Source of the DNA: Lytechinus pictus
Lineage: Eukaryota
Direction of reading: 5' to 3'
DNA length: 64,000 bases
NCBI RefSeq assembly: GCF_037042905.1
Contig: NC_087246.1
Span: forward strand, 2,544,001-2,608,000
This document shows positions 1 to 11,421 of the stretch, piece after piece. Below the pieces are notes generated by a model. That model was not told where the DNA came from and did not search any database. It was given only the letters and a program-made list of their open reading frames with translations. A program made the position numbers and the translations under genes. Every line of letters starts with the position of its first letter. The first letter of the stretch is position 1.

Positions 1-2489
1 TTTTTTGCTAAATTTCACGGTTGAATAAAAACAGTCAAAATTTGCTATTGGAATTTTTACACATCAATGAAAATGATCGAATATGATGACAATTGTCTTT
101 GGATAGAGTATCTTCAACAATATACATCATTTCACGGCTCAATGAACATTAAATGAAAAAAAAAAAATGATTTTCAAATATCATTGGTAAGTAATGTTTC
201 AATTTGGTAACTGAACTTATCTTTTCTCAACCTTTTTCGTTATGTTCATGACCAATTAACATGCTTCCATGGATCAAACTCCACAGGCGTTTTTAAAATT
301 AAACATTCACGCTTGAATGAACATGTGGAATGTGATTAGCTCTTTTCTACGTTATTTGAAAAATGCAATTGCTGACTATGGATATCTGTCACAAACCTTG
401 CATACATGTAGTTAATTTGATTGGATTTGTATGGAAATCCCAATATTTACTGCTTCAGTGAGCACATAATATTAAAAAATTATGTGAATGAGAAGAAAGT
501 TCAAGGCCTTGGCCCCACTCTGCCGTATCGAATGGTTATTTGAGTGAGCCCTTTGGATAGTGACTCTCTGAAGCCATGTGCGAAGTTTCATGAGAAAACT
601 ATAGGCAGAAGTAACAAAAACTGTCTAGGAAACAAACCCTTGTTTCACTTTTGTTAAAATGTTGACTCCCTTTCTCATAGACATTGTGTAAACTATGGGT
701 GCATATGTTTGAGAATAAGTACAGGTAACCCCCTATTCAATGTGGTGGAACTTTTTTTCAAAGCTGTCTTTAGCAGTATCGTTTGGCATTAATGTTTATC
801 AACCTATGGGCAAAATTCTATGCAAAAATGAAATCAATTTGTTTGTTTATAAATGAGTGAGCACGCCTCAAAGGGGGAAAATGGGTATTTTCAATGTCAC
901 AGACTCATTTTGAGGGGTTATAAAGTGAATAATGGGGGCAAATTCGGTTTCAAATGTAACTTAATTTGTGTTGTTTTTATCATCCATCATTTTTATCACC
1001 ACACACTTTCTGAATTTTTTACACTGTCATGGTTGAGCAAGCACAATCGAAAACTTAGGAATTAATATTCTTTTTACTGCATAAATGTATTCTTTCCCTA
1101 ACAATTTCTCAGTATCAGTTGAATTTATGAACAAATCAGTGGGGGATCCAGAATTTGAAAGTGGGGAGGTGCCGAGAAATTGGGGGAGGGGAGCCACTAA
1201 CATTTTCCAATTTTAACATGTTTTAACAAGTTACAGATGATACTACCATAATGAGATGATACGTCACAAAAAAATGTGCTCACTCAACCATGAACATATA
1301 TACATAATCAAAATTTTGTGTGGAGTGGCTCAATGATGGATAGTAAAACAACGTTAACATCATAAAATTCACCAAAGAAACCAACCTTTGCCCAACTTTG
1401 TATTTACACAATCTGAAAAACGACTCTTTTGACTTTAAAAAATTGTCATTTTCAATTCAATCTTTGATTACTCATGCATGACCCTACCGATCAATCTCAT
1501 TTATCCCCAGGAGTTGCTTAATAAGTGTAAAAAAAAACACCTGCGAAATATTATATCTCAAAATTATTCAGTTCAAAAGTTACAGCATTTTGATTTAGGG
1601 GGACTTACATTTTTGTTGTGTACATAACACTATGAAATAACATAATTGAAATATTTTAGTTGTGTTTGTTCACCCTAAAGCAGCTATGAGAAGTTTTCAT
1701 TGTGCATTCATATTTTTCCTATATTTATGTGAAACCTGACTCTCAGTTGTCAACCTTTGGTCGACTGGTCTTTGGGCCAAGAGATGACAAATCCCACGAT
1801 TTGAGTCAAATGAAATCATTTTTTATTCATAATAACCACAGTAAATATATTACAAATAATATACTGGTTAGTGTTCGCAATTATATTCATGCAACTAAAA
1901 GGCAAGACTAAATAATATTTTTGGGGTAATTCAGGCATTATTTACCTGAAAAATTGTGATGTGAAATTTTGTCTTAAAAGATGATTGCTCAAAATTATTT
2001 TGGTAAGAGTTATTCCTACTAACTTATATATCATTGGAAAGGTCTCACTTTTAAGAGTTGAAATATGCATCTTGTTTTCCCATAGGGCATAGGCGGATCC
2101 AGGGGGGCACGGCCCCCCCCCCCTATTGGCGGAGCCAAAAAAAAAGAAAGGGGGGAAAAAAAGAAGGGAAAAGAAAAGAGAAAAAAAGGGAAACATAAGA
2201 GGAAGAAGACGAGTTGATAAAATGAGATGATGGGAAGACTTGTAAAATAATTCAAAATCTTTCATGTCACTATATAAAATTTTCGCTCGCGCTCGCATTG
2301 CCTTTTTATGACTTATCACTATCATAACCTTGTCTCCATTGGATGAGTGACCAAGACCACCTTCATTTGTTTTCTTTGATACAAACCTTTCTTTTTAATC
2401 ATTTCTTTTAATTCCAAATATAAGTAACGTATATAACATTTGATATAGAGACTTTAAGAAATATTTTGGAAAAGCGGTGGGCATAATGC

Positions 2490-2822
2490 CCTTGAAATGT
2501 GATTGAGAGATTGTCACAGTGCAATTGACATTGGGTAGTACCACATACATGTACTTAAATTCATCAGAATGATGGGGTCAAAAGGTCAAATGATATGAGG
2601 TCTTGTTCATCCTTTTTCAAGCTTTTGTTCAACTTGCTCTAATTTCTTTATTTCTGTATCAATTGTGTGTACACTTGGTGCAAATGATCCTTTGGTAATA
2701 CCACATGTGTTTATGAGGATGACATAAAGTCCAAGGTCATGTGTAGGGTTCAAAAGATCATATTGCATATATATTATCGATCACGAAATCAGGCAAGACT
2801 CGTGGTTCACAAACCACCTTGT
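2490..2822 (+). mobile_element. degenerate Helentron-associated (HINE/DINE-like) 3' fragment
   Basis: AAGGTCA-containing units, then CAGGCAAGAC + GTGGTT-cac-a-AACCAC hairpin + CTTGT, the same 3' architecture as the elements ending at about 14010 and 23340. Confidence 0.5.
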
Positions 2823-3369
2823 AATAATAAGGGTCTAGTCTATAGGGCCTAAAATGAACATTATAATTGTAATTATTCTATAATTGTAGTATAGTAGTTA
2901 CAGTTACAATTAGGAAGAGACATCAGTGTCATAGGTGTTGAAACACTTTTGGAGTTTATTATATTGGAAATGTAAGCCCCCATTTCACAAAAGGCTACCT
3001 AACTAGAATCCCTTGATATCAATAATATCCGCAGAAAGAGCAGACGAGACATAGCCCTAGTCATAAAATAGCCTAATTTTCAAAAAACAAAACGATGATA
3101 AAAAAGCGGTTCAAAATTTATTAGGATGAAATGGGAGATACGCATAATAAGCAAAATATGCATCATACTTACTTAAACCATGAAGACTAGGTATAAGTTA
3201 GAGCACTCAATTGCTGAGAAAATGAAGTTATGAATAATACATTTCATGACTCAAAAATCATGTGTGGACATTGAGATGGGTACCCTGGTTCTGGGATAAA
3301 AATCTCCATAGTTTACGGAAGTAAACCATAACCTTGGTTCTCTTTGTAAGATTAATCATACTTATGGTG

Positions 3370-3645
3370 GAGAAAGCCAGCAGGACTGGCAAAAGGGGAG
3401 ATAAGCCACGCCACATCATTGTGAAAACATATGCCTACGACGATAAGGTTAACATACTAAAGAAATCAAGAGAAGCTCTTAAAACAGAGAAATATTACTT
3501 GACCAACGATCCCACTAGGATGGACTTAGAGGTGAAAAGAAAGCACCGAAAAGAGGTGGAGGAGTTGTATCAGAAGGGGACAAAACTGCGTTTCTACGCT
3601 GGACAGTGGAGAAACGAGAGAGGAGTCCCTTACTTTACTTCTTAG
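3370..3645 (+). mobile_element. LINE ORF1 C-terminal fragment (RRM/CTD-type)
   Basis: ASRTGKRGDKPRHIIVKTYAYDDKVNILKKSREALK..YLTND resembles the R.G..PR.IIVK....DK..IL pattern of CR1/L2/L1 ORF1 C-termini; lies upstream of and co-oriented with the ORF2 remnant at 5480. Confidence 0.55.
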
Positions 3646-3735
3646 GTCACCATACATGTAGTGCAGCTTTAAACCTTTACTTCTGAATGTTCTGAATCAC
3701 TTTGCCTTGGACATGTTTGAGAGGATGATTTATTT

Positions 3736-4224
3736 GGTAACACTTCGTAATTCCGAAGGTTCTTTATTCCGAAGGTTCGTAATTCCGAAACACGTAAATT
3801 GCCTATACCTTGATGTTCGTTAATCCGAAAACGTAAAAGGGTTCGTTAATCCGAACATTTGTGGCGTTATTCCGAAGGTTCGTTATTCCGAAAGTTCGAT
3901 AATCCGAAAACGAAATAAGGTTCGATGTTCCGAAGGTTCGTTAATCCGAAAACGAAATAAGGTTCGTTGTTCCGAAGGTTCGTTAGTCCGAAAACGAAAT
4001 AAGGTTAGTTATCATTTAGTTTTCGGACTAACGATCCTTCGGAATTACGGACCTCATTTCTTTTTCGGATTAACGAACCTTCGGAATAACGAACTTCATT
4101 TCGTTTTCGGACTAACGAACCTTCGGAATTACGAACCTTCGGAAATACGAACCTTCGGAATAATGAACCTTCAGAATATCCAAACCTTCGGAATAACGAA
4201 GCTTCGGAATTACGAATGTATGCG
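3736..4224. mobile_element. foldback/MULE-like MITE with internal TTCCGAAGGTTCG repeats
   Basis: Left half has (TTCCGAAGGTTCGT)n, right half its reverse complement; perfect 9-bp flanking duplication GATTTATTT (3727-3735, 4225-4233). Confidence 0.8.
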
Positions 4225-4446
4225 GATTTATTTACCCATGGGATTGAAACCACACTGAGCAGAGCCCATTATCATCTTCTAAGAAAAACCAGCACAAGAA
4301 ATGAACCATTGTCCTGATCAGAGAAACTCTCCAACTCTCCCTCTCTCTCCCTCTCACATATAGCTATATTGATACATGTCACAGGAGAGGTTGCCGTAAT
4401 CTTCCTCTTTTTCATTTATTTTTTCCTGTTGTAACTGAACTTTAAA

Positions 4447-5268
4447 TACCCCTTTCATACTGCCCTCTTCATTTTTCACCGGCGAACTTCTCCTCGCATT
4501 CCTCACTTCCCCGGCGAAGAAAAAAAAGTTCCCTTTCGCACTGACATTTCTTCCCCGGTGAAAGTCAACGGGCGATTGCAGAACAAACGAAAGAAAATTG
4601 TAAACATTACTTCTCCGGACTTTGAAACAGAGGGTCGTGGGTTCGAATCCCAGCCATGGCGTAATTTCCTTCAGCAAGAAATTTATCCACATTGTGCTGC
4701 ACTCAACCCAGGTGAGGTGAATGGGTACCTGGCAGGAATTTATTCCTTGAAATGCCCCAGCGCTGTAAAAGGCTGCGGGGCTAAAGCCAGGGTAATAATA
4801 TCCAAGTCCTTTGGAAGCGCATAGAGACGTTATTTATAATGTGTTATGCGCTATACAAGAACTGTCTATTATTATTATTTTGGAAGTATTACGAGAAAAA
4901 CAAACAATTTCACCTTGTTTTTATATTTCAGCGCATTTTATACATGTAAAAATGGCTTTTTAATAAATATTGTTAGTAAAAAAAAAATTATGTTCGACGT
5001 ATCTACTTTGCCATAGCATTCAGCTGAGCTTGCAACTATCGTGCGCGGAATCGGTACAGGGGACTTCGGGAGAGAAAAAATTGACCTCTGACGTCATTAA
5101 AGAGTAGAAGTTCTCCGGTTTGCTTTCATACTGGCCTTTTCCTTTCACCGGCGAACTTCGCCGGTGAAACAGTTTCGCCGGCGAAGTTCTCCTGTGTACC
5201 TTTCATACTGGACACTTTCCCCTTCGCTGGCGAACTTCGCCGGTGAAACGCGCAATATGAAAGGGGTA
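4447..5268. mobile_element. MITE (Harbinger-like) hosting a SINE
   Basis: TIR TACCCCTTTCATA..TATGAAAGGGGTA, AAA on both flanks, internal CACCGGCGAACTTC repeats. Confidence 0.7.
4612..4879 (+). mobile_element. tRNA-derived SINE, 5'-truncated
   Basis: B box GGTTCGAATCC, core CAACCCAGGTGAGGTGAATGGGTACCTGG, LINE-like tail AAGCGC..GCGCTATACAAG then (TAT)n; homologous copy at 14873-15156. Confidence 0.85.
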
Positions 5269-5479
5269 AAATGTTGCAGGAGTGGGCATGGCCTTGTGTC
5301 TATCGTTTGCCATGTTCTTCACTTTAAACTTAGTTGTATATATGTTAATAAGTAGACAGTTTTTCTTGTTTTCCATTTACATACATGTATGTCTTTTGTT
5401 ATGTTCTGTCTGTACTTGATTCCATTAGCATTGCTAAGCCTATACAGTGTGAGGTGTTGACCACTATTTTTATGTTTAA

Positions 5480-8400
5480 ATGATGTTGGATGATTATCAT
5501 TTACAACAAGATATTGATTGTAGGTACTATATTCCGAATGAGTTTAACCCACCTACAGGGAAGCAACAATCTTATTACTTAAGCTTCTTGCACTGCAATG
5601 CAAGAAGTCTGTCTAAAAGCTTTGAAAACTTAAATATGTTGCTATCATCTCTACAATTTAATTTCTCTATAATAGGTGTTACTGATACGTGGTTTAATGC
5701 TCATTCACCACCATTATTTCTGATTGATGGTTATTCATATGTTTCGGGGGGCAGGCAATTTGTTTTTCCTATAATTAGTACTTTTAAACCATCATTTGTA
5801 GAGTTAAAAGGTAATTATACCTAAATTTTCCCATTTTTGTAGCCTTTTTTCAGCCAAAAAGTAGGTTTTATCATCCTGGGGTTCTGGGATATTAGATGGT
5901 ACGAAGTCAACAATAGCAAGCAGCTTCATATAGCTATATTACTTTAATTCCTCTACTTTGGGTTTTACGGATATTTGTGAAATATCCTATTAAATAAAAA
6001 AATGTCAATTATCCATTGGGGCTATACAGTATACATGTACAATGTACTGTACATACATACTGCACTGCAAATTAATGCATTGGCTACCATGACAGATAAC
6101 AAGGCCTGTATAAACTATAGTGTCATAGAAATGAGCTCTCAGGGTTATAATTAGATGCCTCAGAAATTGAAGATATGTTTTGTCTCAGAAATTGAGGACA
6201 TGTTTTGTCAAATATGCTAATTCAGGGGGCGGAGAGAGGTAATTAACACCACATCATGGCATTTACACTGTAGCTATTCTGGGCCCCGTTGCATAAAAAT
6301 TTACCATTATGTTCACTTTATAATGGTAACTTGCATGGGATCCTTGATTCTCATTGGCTGTTGATCAGCGTTACCATGATAGTTACCTGACCCCATAAAC
6401 ATAGGCCAGTTATAGACAACACAACCAGGTAAAAAAAAAAGCCCCCAAATGAAGAAGATACATGGCTAAAAATGTGATGTACGTATGTGATATACATGTA
6501 TATGTGATATTTATGTGCAATTTATGTTGCTGGTATCATCATGTACATCAGCTGACAAGCAATCTAATTCTAAACCTTTGAAGCCTATTTCTATGACACT
6601 ATGTACAGGACTTGTCATATGCCATGGTGGTCAATGCATGGATGCACGCAGTGTAGTATGTACATTGCATTGTATACCGTATAGCCCCTATGGATAAATT
6701 ACATTTTCTTTTATTTGATAATATATATTTCGCAAATATCCGTAAACCCAAATTTAGAGGAATAAAAACAATATAGCTATATAAGCTGCCTGCTACTGTT
6801 CAACTGGTATCGCATAATATCCAAGAACCACATGACGATGAAACCTACTTTTTAGCTGAAAAAAAGGGCTTTAAAAATTTGTAAAGTTAAGTAAAATCAC
6901 CTTATAACTCTACAAATAATTATTTAGAAGTACTAATTTTAGGAAAAACAAATTGCCTGCCCCCCAAAACATATGAATAGACACCAAAACCAGAGAAAAA
7001 GACCATCAAATAAAAAAGTTGTGGCCCAAAATGTGATTTTGGGGGGATTTGGCGGCCATAATGGATTTTGGCCCGGCACACTTTTTTCTGGGACCCGAGA
7101 TAAAAAATATTGTCATTTCATGTTGAGATAAGGTAAAAGGAAAACTGTTGCCACAGTAAAACCAAAAATCACCCATTTATAGCCCACTCCCTACTAATAG
7201 ATCTTTCCCTCCAAAATCAAAGTGCTGAAGTCTTTTGTATTGAAATAGACTTACCCTCTGATAAAAACGTGATTGTATGTATAGTGTATAGACCCCCTCA
7301 AACTGATATTGATAATTTTCTAACAGGTATTGAGTTATTATTGACTGATATAAATACATCTGATAAATCAGTATGCGTGATGGGTGACTTCAATGTTGAT
7401 CTGTTGACAGAAAATGCAAACACTCTCCGTTTCCAAAATATACTCGATTCTAATGCTCTTTGTGCGATGATTAATAAGCCAACAAGAATAACTGACAGGT
7501 CATCAACACTTCTTGATAACATTTTTGTGAAAACTACCAAAGGTTATTCCCAATCAGGTTTATTCTTTAGTGAGATTTCTGATCATCTTCCAATCCTCTG
7601 CATGCTTTATGATATTCATTCCAACAAATGCAATAAGGCTAAAGATATACTAAAGCGCAACTTTACTGAAAGCAATATTTCTAGCTTGAAGGATGCTCGT
7701 CAGGAAGAGAATTGGTCTGATGTATTGGAATGATATGATGTTGAAACTTATGAATTATTTAGTAAAATTTTTCATCATCATTTGGATGAGACTATTCCAC
7801 TTGTTAGAATGAATAATAGAAGTTCAGGTAAACGTCCATGGATTGCAAAAGGTATACTACACTATCAAAAGAAGAAATGTCTGATACAAAAAGAGTGTAA
7901 AGAAACCTTCTCAAGAGCACGTTGAAAAATACAAAAAATATCGAAATAAACTGACTTCTATTATACGGTCATCACAGAGTTTACACTATTCTAGACAGTT
8001 TTAGAATGCTCGAGGTAACATGCCCTTGACATGGAATGTTGTTAGAGATATATTATGTAAGCGAAATAAGTCAGAACCTGCCCAAAAATTTGTCCATAAG
8101 GATAAAGAGTTTATTTCTGATAATGACATTGCAAATGAATTTAACAGCTTCTTTGTGAACATTGGGCCTGACCAAGCAAAGAAAATAACTCCCGTAGAAG
8201 TTAATTACAAAGAATATTTACGAGACAGGTCCGAATCATCTATTTTCCTTAAGCCAGCTGATCATCTTGAGATATTAAACATTGTTAAGTCTCTCAAAAA
8301 TAGTAGGTCGTCTGGGCATGATGAAATAAGTTAAGAATTGTTAAAACAAATAATAGGCTCAGTTCTAACTCCTTTACTACATATCTGTAATCTGTCCATT

Positions 8401-10172
8401 TTAACTGGTGTATTCCCTTCCTCTCTTAAACTAGCCAAGGTTATTCCTGTTCATAAAAGGGAAAGCATGACCATTATAAGTGATTATAGACCAATCTCAA
8501 TTTTGCCTAGTTGTTCAAAAAACTAGAAAGAACTGTTTATAACAGATTAATTGCCTTTCTTGACAAAAGCAACCTTCTTAATCCCAACCAATTTGGATTT
8601 TGCAGGTCTCACTCAACGGACCTTACGTTGTTGAAATTTTATGACTATGTATCTAGTTCTCTGGCTAATCATGAGCACGTTATTGGTGTATTTATGGACC
8701 TGAGCAAGGCATTTGACACCCTTGACCATTCAATACTGCTTTATAAACTCCAACATTATAGAGTAAGGGGCATTGCCCTAAATTGGTTTACCAATTATCT
8801 TTCAAATAGAAGACAATACACATGTATGCTATAACTTCTTTAACTCTGGTATATCAGTTTTGAGGTGCGGTGTACCGCAAGGTTCTATATTGGGTCCATT
8901 GTTATTTCTGATTTATATCAATGATATTTGTTTGGTATCAAACACATTGAATTATATTTTATTTTCTGATGACACAAGTGTTTTCCTATCACGCCGTGAT
9001 ATTGATATCTTAGAAAACACCATTAATGTTGGACTTCCGAAACTAATTGGTTTCGAAGTAATATGTTATCACTGAATGTTAAAGACTAATTATATACACT
9101 TTAAAGGCAGGAAGTCATGTGCTGACCATGATTTAAGATTGAAACCTGACAATGCTTTGTTGGAAAGAAAGACGTCTATGAGGTTCCTTGGGGTCTAAAT
9201 CAATGATCAACTTAACTGGAATGATCACTTGAAACACATCAGTAAACCAATTTCTCGAAATATAGGTATACTGTATAAAGTTAAGTACCTTGTACCTCAT
9301 AAAATACTTTACATGTTGTACAACACTCTTATTCTACCTTATTTATCATATTGCAATATTCTTTGGGCAACATCAACGAGTGTCACAAACCCAATTCTTC
9401 TGTTGCAAAAGAAAGCAATTCGTATTTGTGCTGGTTACCGTGATCATACGCGCCCTCTCTTTATAAGGCTGCAATGTCTTACTGTTGAAGATGTCCATTT
9501 TCTTCAAACTTCCCTTTTTATGTATCGATTTAATGCCAAAATGTTTAATACCTACCTGCTTTTCCACTATAGATGTTTCAACAAAATAATGCTATCCATA
9601 CCTACCACACAAGACAAGCATCTTATATGCATTTGTATAACCCTTGCACGCTGTTGGCTCACAAATCTATCAGACATTATGGACCTGATGTTTGGAATTC
9701 CCTACCTACTAGTACTAGGAATATATTATCAGTGCATTCCTTCAAAAGTGCGGTAAAACGCATACTTGTCTCTAAGATGTAACTTTTTAGCAAGACACAT
9801 TTTTGTTGTACTATACATCTTAAACTTAAAGATTGATATAATTTCAATTATTATTACGCCTCACACACTCCTTGTAAATATATGTAAATAGTTGTGGCAC
9901 ATATAATTTTTTTTTCTGTGTGTAATCATTAGTTTTTAGTATTCTTTTATATTTATGTATGTATTTCATATATCCAAAGGTGTGGCAACAGCTCAAGCAT
10001 CTGCTTATATTGTCATACCACTGCATGTCTGCAACCTTTGTATAATCAGTTATGTAAATGATCATAATTATACATTATTATTATGTAAAATTTAATGTAT
10101 TTAATGTATTTAATTTTGTGATGGTCACACTATGTACATTGTCATGACATGCAGAAACGAATAAATAAAAAA
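5480..10172 (+). mobile_element. degenerate CR1/L2-group LINE ORF2 (APE endonuclease + RT) with 3' UTR, interrupted at about 5732-7193
   Basis: Frameshifted fragments HCNARSL, IIGVTDTW, VYRPP, MGDFNVDL, PTRIT, SDHLPI, YRPISILP, DLSKAFDTLDH, GVPQGSILGPLLFLIYIND, LFSDDT; AATAAATAAAAAAAA end near 10160-10173. Confidence 0.92.
5732..7193. mobile_element. non-autonomous DNA element with about 410-bp imperfect inverted repeats, inserted in the LINE endonuclease
   Basis: 5732-6140 is the diverged reverse complement of 6580-6980; a further 210 bp on the right (to CCCACTCCCTACTA) has no left counterpart; LINE protein resumes at about 7196. Confidence 0.75.
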
Positions 10173-10754
10173 AATATATAAAGACCCTTTTTTATGATTC
10201 CAAACATCAAAATAGTGTGATATAATGTACCATTTTTCTATGCATTGAGGTCTAAAAGTAGAGATAGAATTCATCAAAATTGTTATAAAGGTCTAAAAAC
10301 ACAAAAAAATACAAATTCAATTTTGGATTGCCCTGATGTGGCAGAATTTTTTTTGATTCGATTAGTTTACTATTTCAAAATGGATAATTTTGTGCTGTTT
10401 TACCAGTTTCTTTGGGCATCACGATATTGAATGATCTAGCCCATTTGTTTTACAAAGTAATTCCAACTTCTATTATATTGATTATGTTAGATTGTAATTT
10501 GCAAGTTTTGAGGCACTTTTGCATGTCACAGTCTACAATGTATCCACATGATGCCACAATGTCATTACAAAAGAAGTTATGTCAGGTTTGGAGGTGTCAT
10601 AAATTTTTAGTCAGTTTATTGTCCCTGATCTTGGCAAGAGGGATTTGTGAAATGGTTAGCAGCCAAGTGGCTAACTATCTCCGATTTTATCAGGAAGCTA
10701 GACTTATGACGGTGTTGAGAAACGGAGCCCCTGGTGGGCTGTGCAGCAACTCGG

Positions 10755-11300
10755 GATCTTGTCATCTGATCATCACTTCTAAAAGATGCCGACTAGGATT
10801 AGATCATGGATCTTGTCATCTGATCCTCTCTTCTCAATGGTGTCACCATGATGACAGATCATGGTCTGGATCTTGTCATTTGATCCTCCCTCCTCAAGGG
10901 ATATTACCATGATGAGAGATCATGGTCTGGATCGTGTCATCTGATCCTCTCTTCTCAATGGTGTCACCATGATGACAGATCATGGTCTGGATCTTGTCAT
11001 TTGATCCTCTCTTCTCAATGGTGTCACCATGATGAGATATCATGGTCTGGATCGTGTCATCTGATCATCTCTTCTCAATGGTGTCACCATGATGACAGAT
11101 CATGGTCTGGATCTTGTCATTTGATCCTCCCTTCTCAAGGGATATTACCATGATGAGAGATCATGGTCTGGATATTGTGATCTGATCCTCTCTTAAGGGT
11201 GTTACTATGGTGATATCCTGGATCTTGTCATCTGATTCTCTCTTCTTTAAGGGTTTCACCAAGATGGAGATCATAGTCTGGAACTTGTCATCTGACCTTT
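10755..11300. repeat. about 60-bp minisatellite, about 9 copies
   Basis: Unit GATCTTGTCATCTGATCCTCTCTTCTCAATGGTGTCACCATGATGACAGATCATGGTCTG starting at about 10809, 10869, 10930, 10990, 11050, 11110, 11171, 11221. Confidence 0.95.
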
Positions 11301-11421
11301 CGACCTTTCACTAATGAGATCTCTACATGCCCAGATAATTATTTTAGCATTTATGATATATGACAAGGTATAATCTTTTTTTTTTCAGATCAATATTGTA
11401 GATACCTCATGATTAGTCAAG

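Noticed and set aside
1..1100. possible DNA-transposon fragment or gene at the window start
   Set aside because: No termini, TSD or coding motif could be established from the sequence alone.
4005..4253. repetitive-protein ORF (RNSEGSL repeats)
   Set aside because: Translation of the foldback MITE's internal repeats.
10755..11300. CRISPR-like palindromic repeat array
   Set aside because: Units are contiguous with no unique spacers, there are no cas genes, and the context is eukaryotic.
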